From Auanema rhodensis (taxonomy: Eukaryota; Animalia; Nematoda), in assembly GCA_964057225.1 (NCBI GenBank), contig OZ059896.1, positions 21,018,001 to 21,082,000 of the forward strand: DNA of 64,000 nucleotides. The letters are read 5' to 3'. Position 1 is the stretch's first letter, and every line of letters begins with the position of its first letter. The position numbers were made by a program, and so were the translations under genes. Positions 12,990 to 28,433 of this stretch are shown piece after piece. The notes below the pieces were generated by a model. The model searched no databases. It had not been told where the DNA came from and saw only the letters and a program-made list of their open reading frames with translations.

Positions 12990-15900
12990 ATTTCAAAATA
13001 ATTTAGCAAGAAGTAGATGTTTTTAGATTTCTTTTTTCAAGGCAAAGACGATGGACAATGTTATTCAACGAAAAAATTAATTCTTCAGGGTGAAAATCGA
13101 GGATATAAGTGTGAACTTATTTCAGTTGATATCTCGGTGCATTTCTAAGCTAGCGCAAATCTGATAACACAGATCGACGCAGCTTAAAAATCCGCATCGA
13201 ATGCACTATACTACATTGAGAAACGCTTGATACAAAAATTAGTTATGATCGTTTGAAAAATGATGCATTAGTGTATGTTGAGTTTCCATGTACACTCAAC
13301 ATTGCTTCCAAAAACATTTTGACAAAAATTTTTTCGAAAAATTTCAAAATAATTTAGCAAAAAGTAGATGTTTTTAGATTCCATTTCTCAAGGCAAAGAC
13401 GATAGACAATGTTATTCAACGAAAAAATTAATTCTTCAGGGTGAAAATCGAGGATATAAGTGTGAACTTATATCAGTTGATATCTCGGTGCATTTCTAAG
13501 CTAGCGCAAATCTGATAACACAGATCGACGCAGCTTAAAAATCCGCATCGAATGCACTATACTACATTGAGAAACGCTTGATACAAAAATTAGTTATGAT
13601 CGTTTGAAAAATGATGCATTAGTGTATGTTGAGTTTCCATGTACACTCAACATTGCTTCCAAAAACATTTTGACAAAAATTTTTTCGAAAAATTTCAAAA
13701 TAATTTAGCAAAAAGTAGATGTTTTTAGATTCCATTTTTTAAGGCAAAGACGATAGACAATGTTATTCAACGAAAAAATTAATTCTTCAGGGTGAAAATC
13801 GAGGATATAAGTGTGAACTTATATCAGTTGATATCTCGGTGCATTTTCAAGCTAGCGCAAATCTGATAACACAGATCGACGCAGCTTAAAAATCCGCATC
13901 GAATGCACTATACTACATTGAGAAACGCTTGATACAAAAATTAGTTATGATCGTTTGAAAAATGATGCATTAGTGTATGTTGAGTTTCCATGTACACTCA
14001 ACATTGCTTCCAAAAACATTTTGACAAAAATTTTTTCGAAAAATTTCAAAATAATTTAGCAAAAAGTAGATGTTTTTAGATTCCATTTTTCAAGGCAAAG
14101 ACGATAGACAATGTTATTCAACGAAAAAATTAATTCTTCAGGGTGAAAATCGAGGATATAAGTGTGAACTTATATCAGTTGATATCTCGGTGCATTTTTA
14201 AGCTAGCGCAAATCTGATAACACAGATCGACGCAGCTTAAAAATCCGCATCGAATGCACTATACTACATTGAGAAACGCTTAATACACAAATTAGTTATG
14301 ATCGTTTGAAAAATGATGCATTAGTGTATGTTGAGTTTCCATGTACACTCAACATTGCTTCCAAAAACAGTTTGACAAAAATTTTTTCGAAAAATTTCAA
14401 AATAATTTAGCAAAAAGTAGATGTTTTTAGATTTCTTTTTTCAAGGCAAAGACGATGGACAATGTTATTCAACGAAAAAATTAATTCTTCAGGGTGAAAA
14501 TCGAGGATATAAGTGTGAACTTATATCAGTTGATATCTCGGTGCATTTTCAAGCTAGCGCAAATCTGATAACACAGATCGACGCAGCTTAAAAATCCGCA
14601 TCGAATGCACTATACTACATTGAGAAACGCTTGATACAAAAATTAGTTATGATCGTTTGAAAAATGATGCATTAGTGTATGTTGAGTTTCCATGTACACT
14701 CAACATTGCTTCCAAAAACATTTTGACAAAAATTTTTTCGAAAAATTTCAAAATAATTTAGCAAAAAGTAGATGTTTTTAGATTCCATTTTTCAAGGCAA
14801 AGACGATAGACAATGTTATTCAACGAAAAAATTAATTCTTCAGGGTGAAAATCGAGGATATAAGTGTGAACTTATATCAGTTGATATCTCGGTGCATTTT
14901 TAAGCTAGCGCAAATCTGATAACACAGATCGACGCAGCTTAAAAATCCGCATCGAATGCACTATACTACATTGAGAAACGCTTAATACACAAATTAGTTA
15001 TGATCGTTTGAAAAATGATGCATTAGTGTATGTTGAGTTTCCATGTACACTCAACATTGCTTCCAAAAACAGTTTGACAAAAATTTTTTCGAAAAATTTC
15101 AAAATAATTTAGCAAAAAGTAGATGTTTTTAGATTTCTTTTTTCAAGGCAAAGACGATGGACAATGTTATTCAACGAAAAAATTAATTCTTCAGGGTGAA
15201 AATCGAGGATATAAGTGTGAACTTATATCAGTTGATATCTCGGTGCATTTTTAAGCTAGCGCAAATCTGATAACACAGATCGACGCAGCTTAAAAATCCG
15301 CATCGAATGCACTATACAACATCAAGAAACGCTTGATACAAAAATTAGTTATGATCGTTTGAAAAATGATGCATTAGTGTATGTTGAGTTTCCATGTACA
15401 CTCAACATTGCTTCCAAAAACATTTTGACAAAAATTTTTTCGAAAAATTTCAGAATAATTTAGCAAGAAGTAGATGTTTTTAGATTTCTTTTTTCAAGGC
15501 AAAGACGATGGACAATGTTATTCAACGAAAAAATTAATTCTTCAGGGTGAAAATCGAGGATATAAGTGTGAACTTATATCAGTTGATATCTCGGTGCATT
15601 TCTAAGCTAGCGCAAATCTGATAACACAGATCGACGCAGCTTAAAAATCCGCATCGAATGCACTATACTACATTGAGAAACGCTTGATACAAAAATTAGT
15701 TATGATCGTTTGAAAAATGATGCATTAGTGTATGTTGAGTTTCCATGTACACTCAACATTGCTTCCAAAAACATTTTGACAAAAATTTTTTCGAAAAATT
15801 TCAAAATAATTTAGCAAAAAGTAGATGTTTTTAGATTCCATTTCTCAAGGCAAAGACGATAGACAATGTTATTCAACGAAAAAATTAATTCTTCAGGGTG

Positions 15901-16148
15901 AAAATCGAGGATATAAGTGTGAACTTATATCAGTTGATATCTCGGTGCATTTCTAAGCTAGCGCAAATCTGATAACACAGATCGACGCAGCTTAAAAATC
16001 CGCATCGAATGCACTATACTACATTGAGAAACGCTTGATACAAAAATTAGTTATGATCGTTTGAAAAATGATGCATTAGTGTATGTTGAGTTTCCATGTA
16101 CACTCAACATTGCTTCCAAAAACATTTTGACAAAAATTTTTTCGAAAA
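12990..16148 (+). repeat. 9-monomer block (38-46), repeated at 20010-23168
   Basis: The same ordered series of variant haplotypes recurs 7020 bp downstream. I saw only two differences (near 13121, and CAGAA at the start of monomer 45). Confidence 0.8.
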
Positions 16149-19100
16149 ATTTCAAAATAATTTAGCAAAAAGTAGATGTTTTTAGATTCCATTTTTCAAG
16201 GCAAAGACGATAGACAATGTTATTCAACGAAAAAATTAATTCTTCAGGGTGAAAATCGAGGATATAAGTGTGAACTTATATCAGTTGATATCTCGGTGCA
16301 TTTTCAAGCTAGCGCAAATCTGATAACACAGATCGACGCAGCTCAAAAATCCGCATCGAATGCACTATACTACATTGAGAAACGCTTAATACACAAATTA
16401 GTTATGATCGTTTGAAAAATGATGCATTAGTGTATGTTGAGTTTCCATGTACACTCAACATTGCTTCCAAAAACAGTTTGACAAAAATTTTTTCGAAAAA
16501 TTTCAAAATAATTTAGCAAAAAGTAGATGTTTTTAGATTTCTTTTTTCAAGGCAAAGACGATAGACAATGTTATTCAACGAAAAAATTAATTCTTCAGGG
16601 TGAAAATCGAGGATATAAGTGTGAACTTATATCAGTTGATATCTCGGTGCATTTTCAAGCTAGCGCAAATCTGATAACACAGATCGACGCAGCTTAAAAA
16701 TCCGCATCGAATGCACTATACTACATTGAGAAACGCTTGATACAAAAATTAGTTATGATCGTTTGAAAAATGATGCATTAGTGTATGTTGAGTTTCCATG
16801 TACACTCAACATTGCTTCCAAAAACATTTTGACAAAAATTTTTTCGAAAAATTTCAAAATAATTTAGCAAAAAGTAGATGTTTTTAGATTCCATTTTTCA
16901 AGGCAAAGACGATAGACAATGTTATTCAACGAAAAAATTAATTCTTCAGGGTGAAAATCGAGGATATAAGTGTGAACTTATATCAGTTGATATCTCGGTG
17001 CATTTTTAAGCTAGCGCAAATCTGATAACACAGATCGACGCAGCTTAAAAATCCGCATCGAATGCACTATACTACATTGAGAAACGCTTAATACACAAAT
17101 TAGTTATGATCGTTTGAAAAATGATGCATTAGTGTATGTTGAGTTTCCATGTACACTCAACATTGCTTCCAAAAACAGTTTGACAAAAATTTTTTCGAAA
17201 AATTTCAAAATAATTTAGCAAAAAGTAGATGTTTTTAGATTTCTTTTTTCAAGGCAAAGACGATGGACAATGTTATTCAACGAAAAAATTAATTCTTCAG
17301 GGTGAAAATCGAGGATATAAGTGTGAACTTATATCAGTTGATATCTCGGTGCATTTTTAAGCTAGCGCAAATCTGATAACACAGATCGACGCAGCTTAAA
17401 AATCCGCATCGAATGCACTATACAACATCAAGAAACGCTTGATACAAAAATTAGTTATGATCGTTTGAAAAATGATGCATTAGTGTATGTTGAGTTTCCA
17501 TGTACACTCAACATTGCTTCCAAAAACATTTTGACAAAAATTTTTTCGAAAAATTTCAGAATAATTTAGCAAGAAGTAGATGTTTTTAGATTTCTTTTTT
17601 CAAGGCAAAGACGATGGACAATGTTATTCAACGAAAAAATTAATTCTTCAGGGTGAAAATCGAGGATATAAGTGTGAACTTATATCAGTTGATATCTCGG
17701 TGCATTTCTAAGCTAGCGCAAATCTGATAACACAGATCGACGCAGCTTAAAAATCCGCATCGAATGCACTATACTACATTGAGAAACGCTTGATACAAAA
17801 ATTAGTTATGATCGTTTGAAAAATGATGCATTAGTGTATGTTGAGTTTCCATGTACACTCAACATTGCTTCCAAAAACATTTTGACAAAAATTTTTTCGA
17901 AAAATTTCAAAATAATTTAGCAAAAAGTAGATGTTTTTAGATTCCATTTCTCAAGGCAAAGACGATAGACAATGTTATTCAACGAAAAAATTAATTCTTC
18001 AGGGTGAAAATCGAGGATATAAGTGTGAACTTATATCAGTTGATATCTCGGTGCATTTCTAAGCTAGCGCAAATCTGATAACACAGATCGACGCAGCTTA
18101 AAAATCCGCATCGAATGCACTATACTACATTGAGAAACGCTTGATACAAAAATTAGTTATGATCGTTTGAAAAATGATGCATTAGTGTATGTTGAGTTTC
18201 CATGTACACTCAACATTGCTTCCAAAAACATTTTGACAAAAATTTTTTCGAAAAATTTCAAAATAATTTAGCAAAAAGTAGATGTTTTTAGATTCCATTT
18301 TTCAAGGCAAAGACGATAGACAATGTTATTCAACGAAAAAATTAATTCTTCAGGGTGAAAATCGAGGATATAAGTGTGAACTTATATCAGTTGATATCTC
18401 GGTGCATTTTCAAGCTAGCGCAAATCTGATAACACAGATCGACGCAGCTTAAAAATCCGCATCGAATGCACTATACTACATTGAGAAACGCTTGATACAA
18501 AAATTAGTTATGATCGTTTGAAAAATGATGCATTAGTGTATGTTGAGTTTCCATGTACACTCAACATTGCTTCCAAAAACATTTTGACAAAAATTTTTTC
18601 GAAAAATTTCAAAATAATTTAGCAAAAAGTAGATGTTTTTAGATTCCATTTTTCAAGGCAAAGACGATAGACAATGTTATTCAACGAAAAAATTAATTCT
18701 TCAGGGTGAAAATCGAGGATATAAGTGTGAACTTATATCAGTTGATATCTCGGTGCATTTTTAAGCTAGCGCAAATCTGATAACACAGATCGACGCAGCT
18801 TAAAAATCCGCATCGAATGCACTATACTACATTGAGAAACGCTTAATACACAAATTAGTTATGATCGTTTGAAAAATGATGCATTAGTGTATGTTGAGTT
18901 TCCATGTACACTCAACATTGCTTCCAAAAACAGTTTGACAAAAATTTTTTCGAAAAATTTCAAAATAATTTAGCAAAAAGTAGATGTTTTTAGATTTCTT
19001 TTTTCAAGGCAAAGACGATGGACAATGTTATTCAACGAAAAAATCAATTCTTCAGGGTGAAAATCGAGGATATAAGTGTGAACTTATATCAGTTGATATC

Positions 19101-22100
19101 TCGGTGCATTTTTAAGCTAGCGCAAATCTGATAACACAGATCGACGCAGCTTAAAAATCCGCATCGAATGCACTATACTACATCAAGAAACGCTTGATAC
19201 AAAAATTAGTTATGATCGTTTGAAAAATGATGCATTAGTGTATGTTGAGTTTCCATGTACACTCAACATTGCTTCCAAAAACATTTTGACAAAAATTTTT
19301 TCGAAAAATTTCAAAATAATTTAGCAAGAAGTAGATGTTTTTAGATTTCTTTTTTCAAGGCAAAGACGATGGACAATGTTATTCAACGAAAAAATTAATT
19401 CTTCAGGGTGAAAATCGAGGATATAAGTGTGAACTTATATCAGTTGATATCTCGGTGCATTTCTAAGCTAGCGCAAATCTGATAACACAGATCGACGCAG
19501 CTTAAAAATCGGCATCGAATGCACTATACTACATTGAGAAACGCTTGATACAAAAATTAGTTATGATCGTTTGAAAAATGATGCATTAGTGTATGTTGAG
19601 TTTCCATGTACACTCAACATTGCTTCCAAAAACATTTTGACAAAAATTTTTTCGAAAAATTTCAAAATAATTTAGCAAAAAGTAGATGTTTTTAGATTCC
19701 ATTTTTCAAGGCAAAGACGATAAACAATGTTATTCAACGAAAAAATTAATTCTTCAGGGTGAAAATCGAGGATATAAGTGTGAACTTATATCAGTTGATA
19801 TCTCGGTGCATTTTTAAGCTAGCGCAAATCTGATAACACAGATCGACGCAGCTTAAAAATCGGCATCGAATGCACTATACTACATTGAGAAACGCTTGAT
19901 ACAAAAATTAGTTATGATCGTTTGAAAAATGATGCATTAGTGTATGTTGAGTTTCCATGTACACTCAACATTGCTTCCAAAAACATTTTGACAAAAATTT
20001 TTTCGAAAAATTTCAAAATAATTTAGCAAGAAGTAGATGTTTTTAGATTTCTTTTTTCAAGGCAAAGACGATGGACAATGTTATTCAACGAAAAAATTAA
20101 TTCTTCAGGGTGAAAATCGAGGATATAAGTGTGAACTTATATCAGTTGATATCTCGGTGCATTTCTAAGCTAGCGCAAATCTGATAACACAGATCGACGC
20201 AGCTTAAAAATCCGCATCGAATGCACTATACTACATTGAGAAACGCTTGATACAAAAATTAGTTATGATCGTTTGAAAAATGATGCATTAGTGTATGTTG
20301 AGTTTCCATGTACACTCAACATTGCTTCCAAAAACATTTTGACAAAAATTTTTTCGAAAAATTTCAAAATAATTTAGCAAAAAGTAGATGTTTTTAGATT
20401 CCATTTCTCAAGGCAAAGACGATAGACAATGTTATTCAACGAAAAAATTAATTCTTCAGGGTGAAAATCGAGGATATAAGTGTGAACTTATATCAGTTGA
20501 TATCTCGGTGCATTTCTAAGCTAGCGCAAATCTGATAACACAGATCGACGCAGCTTAAAAATCCGCATCGAATGCACTATACTACATTGAGAAACGCTTG
20601 ATACAAAAATTAGTTATGATCGTTTGAAAAATGATGCATTAGTGTATGTTGAGTTTCCATGTACACTCAACATTGCTTCCAAAAACATTTTGACAAAAAT
20701 TTTTTCGAAAAATTTCAAAATAATTTAGCAAAAAGTAGATGTTTTTAGATTCCATTTTTTAAGGCAAAGACGATAGACAATGTTATTCAACGAAAAAATT
20801 AATTCTTCAGGGTGAAAATCGAGGATATAAGTGTGAACTTATATCAGTTGATATCTCGGTGCATTTTCAAGCTAGCGCAAATCTGATAACACAGATCGAC
20901 GCAGCTTAAAAATCCGCATCGAATGCACTATACTACATTGAGAAACGCTTGATACAAAAATTAGTTATGATCGTTTGAAAAATGATGCATTAGTGTATGT
21001 TGAGTTTCCATGTACACTCAACATTGCTTCCAAAAACATTTTGACAAAAATTTTTTCGAAAAATTTCAAAATAATTTAGCAAAAAGTAGATGTTTTTAGA
21101 TTCCATTTTTCAAGGCAAAGACGATAGACAATGTTATTCAACGAAAAAATTAATTCTTCAGGGTGAAAATCGAGGATATAAGTGTGAACTTATATCAGTT
21201 GATATCTCGGTGCATTTTTAAGCTAGCGCAAATCTGATAACACAGATCGACGCAGCTTAAAAATCCGCATCGAATGCACTATACTACATTGAGAAACGCT
21301 TAATACACAAATTAGTTATGATCGTTTGAAAAATGATGCATTAGTGTATGTTGAGTTTCCATGTACACTCAACATTGCTTCCAAAAACAGTTTGACAAAA
21401 ATTTTTTCGAAAAATTTCAAAATAATTTAGCAAAAAGTAGATGTTTTTAGATTTCTTTTTTCAAGGCAAAGACGATGGACAATGTTATTCAACGAAAAAA
21501 TTAATTCTTCAGGGTGAAAATCGAGGATATAAGTGTGAACTTATATCAGTTGATATCTCGGTGCATTTTCAAGCTAGCGCAAATCTGATAACACAGATCG
21601 ACGCAGCTTAAAAATCCGCATCGAATGCACTATACTACATTGAGAAACGCTTGATACAAAAATTAGTTATGATCGTTTGAAAAATGATGCATTAGTGTAT
21701 GTTGAGTTTCCATGTACACTCAACATTGCTTCCAAAAACATTTTGACAAAAATTTTTTCGAAAAATTTCAAAATAATTTAGCAAAAAGTAGATGTTTTTA
21801 GATTCCATTTTTCAAGGCAAAGACGATAGACAATGTTATTCAACGAAAAAATTAATTCTTCAGGGTGAAAATCGAGGATATAAGTGTGAACTTATATCAG
21901 TTGATATCTCGGTGCATTTTTAAGCTAGCGCAAATCTGATAACACAGATCGACGCAGCTTAAAAATCCGCATCGAATGCACTATACTACATTGAGAAACG
22001 CTTAATACACAAATTAGTTATGATCGTTTGAAAAATGATGCATTAGTGTATGTTGAGTTTCCATGTACACTCAACATTGCTTCCAAAAACAGTTTGACAA

Positions 22101-25100
22101 AAATTTTTTCGAAAAATTTCAAAATAATTTAGCAAAAAGTAGATGTTTTTAGATTTCTTTTTTCAAGGCAAAGACGATGGACAATGTTATTCAACGAAAA
22201 AATTAATTCTTCAGGGTGAAAATCGAGGATATAAGTGTGAACTTATATCAGTTGATATCTCGGTGCATTTTTAAGCTAGCGCAAATCTGATAACACAGAT
22301 CGACGCAGCTTAAAAATCCGCATCGAATGCACTATACAACATCAAGAAACGCTTGATACAAAAATTAGTTATGATCGTTTGAAAAATGATGCATTAGTGT
22401 ATGTTGAGTTTCCATGTACACTCAACATTGCTTCCAAAAACATTTTGACAAAAATTTTTTCGAAAAATTTCAAAATAATTTAGCAAGAAGTAGATGTTTT
22501 TAGATTTCTTTTTTCAAGGCAAAGACGATGGACAATGTTATTCAACGAAAAAATTAATTCTTCAGGGTGAAAATCGAGGATATAAGTGTGAACTTATATC
22601 AGTTGATATCTCGGTGCATTTCTAAGCTAGCGCAAATCTGATAACACAGATCGACGCAGCTTAAAAATCCGCATCGAATGCACTATACTACATTGAGAAA
22701 CGCTTGATACAAAAATTAGTTATGATCGTTTGAAAAATGATGCATTAGTGTATGTTGAGTTTCCATGTACACTCAACATTGCTTCCAAAAACATTTTGAC
22801 AAAAATTTTTTCGAAAAATTTCAAAATAATTTAGCAAAAAGTAGATGTTTTTAGATTCCATTTCTCAAGGCAAAGACGATAGACAATGTTATTCAACGAA
22901 AAAATTAATTCTTCAGGGTGAAAATCGAGGATATAAGTGTGAACTTATATCAGTTGATATCTCGGTGCATTTCTAAGCTAGCGCAAATCTGATAACACAG
23001 ATCGACGCAGCTTAAAAATCCGCATCGAATGCACTATACTACATTGAGAAACGCTTGATACAAAAATTAGTTATGATCGTTTGAAAAATGATGCATTAGT
23101 GTATGTTGAGTTTCCATGTACACTCAACATTGCTTCCAAAAACATTTTGACAAAAATTTTTTCGAAAAATTTCAAAATAATTTAGCAAGAAGTAGATGTT
23201 TTTAGATTTCTTTTTTCAAGGCAAAGACGATGGACAATGTTATTCAACGAAAAAATTAATTCTTCAGGGTGAAAATCGAGGATATAAGTGTGAACTTATA
23301 TCAGTTGATATCTCGGTGCATTTCTAAGCTAGCGCAAATCTGATAACACAGATCGACGCAGCTTAAAAATCCGCATCGAATGCACTATACTACATTGAGA
23401 AACGCTTGATACAAAAATTAGTTATGATCGTTTGAAAAATGATGCATTAGTGTATGTTGAGTTTCCATGTACACTCAACATTGCTTCCAAAAACATTTTG
23501 ACAAAAATTTTTTCGAAAAATTTCAAAATAATTTAGCAAAAAGTAGATGTTTTTAGATTCCATTTCTCAAGGCAAAGACGATAGACAATGTTATTCAACG
23601 AAAAAATTAATTCTTCAGGGTGAAAATCGAGGATATAAGTGTGAACTTATATCAGTTGATATCTCGGTGCATTTCTAAGCTAGCGCAAATCTGATAACAC
23701 AGATCGACGCAGCTTAAAAATCCGCATCGAATGCACTATACTACATTGAGAAACGCTTGATACAAAAATTAGTTATGATCGTTTGAAAAATGATGCATTA
23801 GTGTATGTTGAGTTTCCATGTACACTCAACATTGCTTCCAAAAACATTTTGACAAAAATTTTTTCGAAAAATTTCAAAATAATTTAGCAAAAAGTAGATG
23901 TTTTTAGATTCCATTTTTCAAGGCAAAGACGATAGACAATATTATTCAACGAAAAAATTAATTCTTCAGGGTGAAAATCGAGGATATAAGTGTGAACTTA
24001 TATCAGTTGATATCTCGGTGCATTTTCAAGCTAGCGCAAATCTGATAACACAGATCGACGCAGCTTAAAAATCCGCATCGAATGCACTATACTACATTGA
24101 GAAACGCTTGATACAAAAATTAGTTATGATCGTTTGAAAAATGATGCATTAGTGTATGTTGAGTTTCCATGTACACTCAACATTGCTTCCAAAAACATTT
24201 TGACAAAAATTTTTTCGAAAAATTTCAAAATAATTTAGCAAAAAGTAGATGTTTTTAGATTCCATTTTTCAAGGCAAAGACGATAGACAATGTTATTCAA
24301 CGAAAAAATTAATTCTTCAGGGTGAAAATCGAGGATATAAGTGTGAACTTATATCAGTTGATATCTCGGTGCATTTTTAAGCTAGCGCAAATCTGATAAC
24401 ACAGATCGACGCAGCTTAAAAATCCGCATCGAATGCACTATACTACATTGAGAAACGCTTAATACACAAATTAGTTATGATCGTTTGAAAAATGATGCAT
24501 TAGTGTATGTTGAGTTTCCATGTACACTCAACATTGCTTCCAAAAACAGTTTGACAAAAATTTTTTCGAAAAATTTCAAAATAATTTAGCAAAAAGTAGA
24601 TGTTTTTAGATTTCTTTTTTCAAGGCAAAGACGATAGACAATGTTATTCAACGAAAAAATTAATTCTTCAGGGTGAAAATCGAGGATATAAGTGTGAACT
24701 TATATCAGTTGATATCTCGGTGCATTTTTAAGCTAGCGCAAATCTGATAACACAGATCGACGCAGCTTAAAAATCCGCATCGAATGCACTATACTACATT
24801 GAGAAACGCTTAATACACAAATTAGTTATGATCGTTTGAAAAATGATGCATTAGTGTATGTTGAGTTTCCATGTACACTCAACATTGCTTCCAAAAACAG
24901 TTTGACAAAAATTTTTTCGAAAAATTTCAAAATAATTTAGCAAAAAGTAGATGTTTTTAGATTTCTTTTTTCAAGGCAAAGACGATGGACAATGTTATTC
25001 AACGAAAAAATTAATTCTTCAGGGTGAAAATCGAGGATATAAGTGTGAACTTATATCAGTTGATATCTCGGTGCATTTTTAAGCTAGCGCAAATCTGATA

Positions 25101-28100
25101 ACACAGATCGACGCAGCTTAAAAATCCGCATCGAATGCACTATACAACATCAAGAAACGCTTGATACAAAAATTAGTTATGATCGTTTGAAAAATGATGC
25201 ATTAGTGTATGTTGAGTTTCCATGTACACTCAACATTGCTTCCAAAAACATTTTGACAAAAATTTTTTCGAAAAATTTCAAAATAATTTAGCAAAAAGTA
25301 GATGTTTTTAGATTCCATTTTTCAAGGCAAAGACGATAGACAATGTTATTCAACGAAAAAATTAATTCTTCAGGGTGAAAATCGAGGATATAAGTGTGAA
25401 CTTATATCAGTTGATATCTCGGTGCATTTCTAAGCTAGCGCAAATCTGATAACACAGATCGACGCAGCTTAAAAATCCGCATCGAATGCACTATACTACA
25501 TTGAGAAACGCTTGATACAAAAATTAGTTATGATCGTTTGAAAAATGATGCATTAGTGTATGTTGAGTTTCCATGTACACTCAACATTGCTTCCAAAAAC
25601 AGTTTGACAAAAATTTTTTCGAAAAATTTCAAAATAATTTAGCAAAAAGTAGATGTTTTTAGATTTCTTTTTTCAAGGCAAAGACGATGGACAATGTTAT
25701 TCAACGAAAAAATTAATTCTTCAGGGTGAAAATCGAGGATATAAGTGTGAACTTATATCAGTTGATATCTCGGTGCATTTTTAAGCTAGCGCAAATCTGA
25801 TAACACAGATCGACGCAGCTTAAAAATCCGCATCGAATGCACTATACAACATCAAGAAACGCTTGATACAAAAATTAGTTATGATCGTTTGAAAAATGAT
25901 GCATTAGTGTATGTTGAGTTTCCATGTACACTCAACATTGCTTCCAAAAACATTTTGACAAAAATTTTTTCGAAAAATTTCAAAATAATTTAGCAAGAAG
26001 TAGATGTTTTTAGATTTCTTTTTTCAAGGCAAAGACGATGGACAATGTTATTCAACGAAAAAATTAATTCTTCAGGGTGAAAATCGAGGATATAAGTGTG
26101 AACTTATATCAGTTGATATCTCGGTGCATTTTTAAGCTAGCGCAAATCTGATAACACAGATCGACGCAGCTTAAAAATCCGCATCGAATGCACTATACTA
26201 CATTGAGAAACGCTTGATACAAAAATTAGTTATGATTGTTTGAAAAATGATGCATTAGTGTATGTTGAGTTTCCATGTACACTCAACATTGCTTCCAAAA
26301 ACATTTTGACAAAAATTTTTTCGAAAAATTTCAAAATAATTTAGCAAAAAGTAGATGTTTTTAGATTCCATTTTTCAAGGCAAAGACGATAGACAATGTT
26401 ATTCAACGAAAAAATTAATTCTTCAGGGTGAAAATCGAGGATATATGTGTGAACTTATATCAGTTGATATCTCGGTGCATTTTTAAGCTAGCGCAAATCT
26501 GATAACACAGATCGACGCAGCTTAAAAATCCACATCGAATGCACTTTACTACATTGAGAAACGCTTGATACAAAAATTAGTTATGATCGTTTGAAAAATG
26601 ATGCATTAGTGTATGTTGAGTTTCCATGTACACTCAACATTGCTTCCAAAAACATATTGACAAAAATTTTTTCGAAAAATTTCAAAATAATTTAGCAAAA
26701 AGTAGATGTTTTTAGATTTCTTTTTTCAAGGCAAAGACGATAGACAATGTTATTCAACGAAAAAATTAATTCTTCAGGGTGAAAATCGAGGATATAAGTG
26801 TGAACTTATATCAGTTGATATCTCGGTGCATTTTTAAGCTAGCGCAAATCTGATAACACAGATCGACGCAGCTTAAAAATCCGCATCGAATGCACTATAC
26901 AACATCAAGAAACGCTTGATACAAAAATTAGTTATGATCGTTTGAAAAATGATGCATTAGTGTATGTTGAGTTTCCATGTACACTCAACATTGCTTCCAA
27001 AAACATTTTGACAAAAATTTTTTCGAAAAATTTCAAAATAATTTAGCAAGAAGTAGATGTTTTTAGATTTCTTTTTTCAAGGCAAAGACGATGGACAATG
27101 TTATTCAACGAAAAAATTAATTCTTCAGGGTGAAAATCGAGGATATAAGTGTGAACTTATATCAGTTGATATCTCGGTGCATTTTTAAGCTAGCGCAAAT
27201 CTGATAACACAGATCGACGCAGCTTAAAAATCCGCATCGAATGCACTATACTACATTGAGAAACGCTTGATACAAAAATTAGTTATGATCGTTTGAAAAA
27301 TGATGCATTAGTGTATGTTGAGTTTCCATGTACACTCAACATTGCTTCCAAAAACATTTTGACAAAAATTTTTTCGAAAAATTTCAAAATAATTTAGCAA
27401 AAAGTAGATGTTTTTAGATTTCTTTTTTCAAGGCAAAGACGATAGACAATGTTATTCAACGAAAAAATTAATTCTTCAGGGTGAAAATCGAGGATATAAG
27501 TGTGAACTTATATCAGTTGATATCTCGGTGCATTTTTAAGCTAGCGCAAATCTGATAACACAGATCGACGCAGCTTAAAAATCCGCATCGAATGCACTAT
27601 ACAACATCAAGAAACGCTTGATACAAAAATTAGTTATGATCGTTTGAAAAATGATGCATTAGTGTATGTTGAGTTTCCATGTACACTCAACATTGCTTCC
27701 AAAAACATTTTGACAAAAATTTTTTCGAAAAATTTCAAAATAATTTAGCAAGAAGTAGATGTTTTTAGATTTCTTTTTTCAAGGCAAAGACGATGGACAA
27801 TGTTATTCAACGAAAAAATTAATTCTTCAGGGTGAAAATCGAGGATATAAGTGTGAACTTATATCAGTTGATATCTCGGTGCATTTTTAAGCTAGCGCAA
27901 ATCTGATAACACAGATCGACGCAGCTTAAAAATCCGCATCGAATGCACTATACAACATCAAGAAACGCTTGATACAAAAATTAGTTATGATCGTTTGAAA
28001 AATGATGCATTAGTGTATGTTGAGTTTCCATGTACACTCAACATTGCTTCCAAAAACATTTTGACAAAAATTTTTTCGAAAAATTTCAAAATAATTTAGC

Positions 28101-28433
28101 AAGAAGTAGATGTTTTTAGATTTCTTTTTTCAAGGCAAAGACGATGGACAATGTTATTCAACGAAAAAATTAATTCTTCAGGGTGAAAATCGAGGATATA
28201 AGTGTGAACTTATATCAGTTGATATCTCGGTGCATTTTTAAGCTAGCGCAAATCTGATAACACAGATCGACGCAGCTTAAAAATCCGCATCGAATGCACT
28301 ATACAACATCAAGAAACGCTTGATACAAAAATTAGTTATGATCGTTTGAAAAATGATGCATTAGTGTATGTTGAGTTTCCATGTACACTCAACATTGCTT
28401 CCAAAAACATTTTGACAAAAATTTTTTCGAAAA

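Noticed and set aside
16176-16415. 79-aa ORF
   Set aside because: Two TAA>CAA variants happen to coincide in monomer 47; the frame is interrupted by stops in the other copies.
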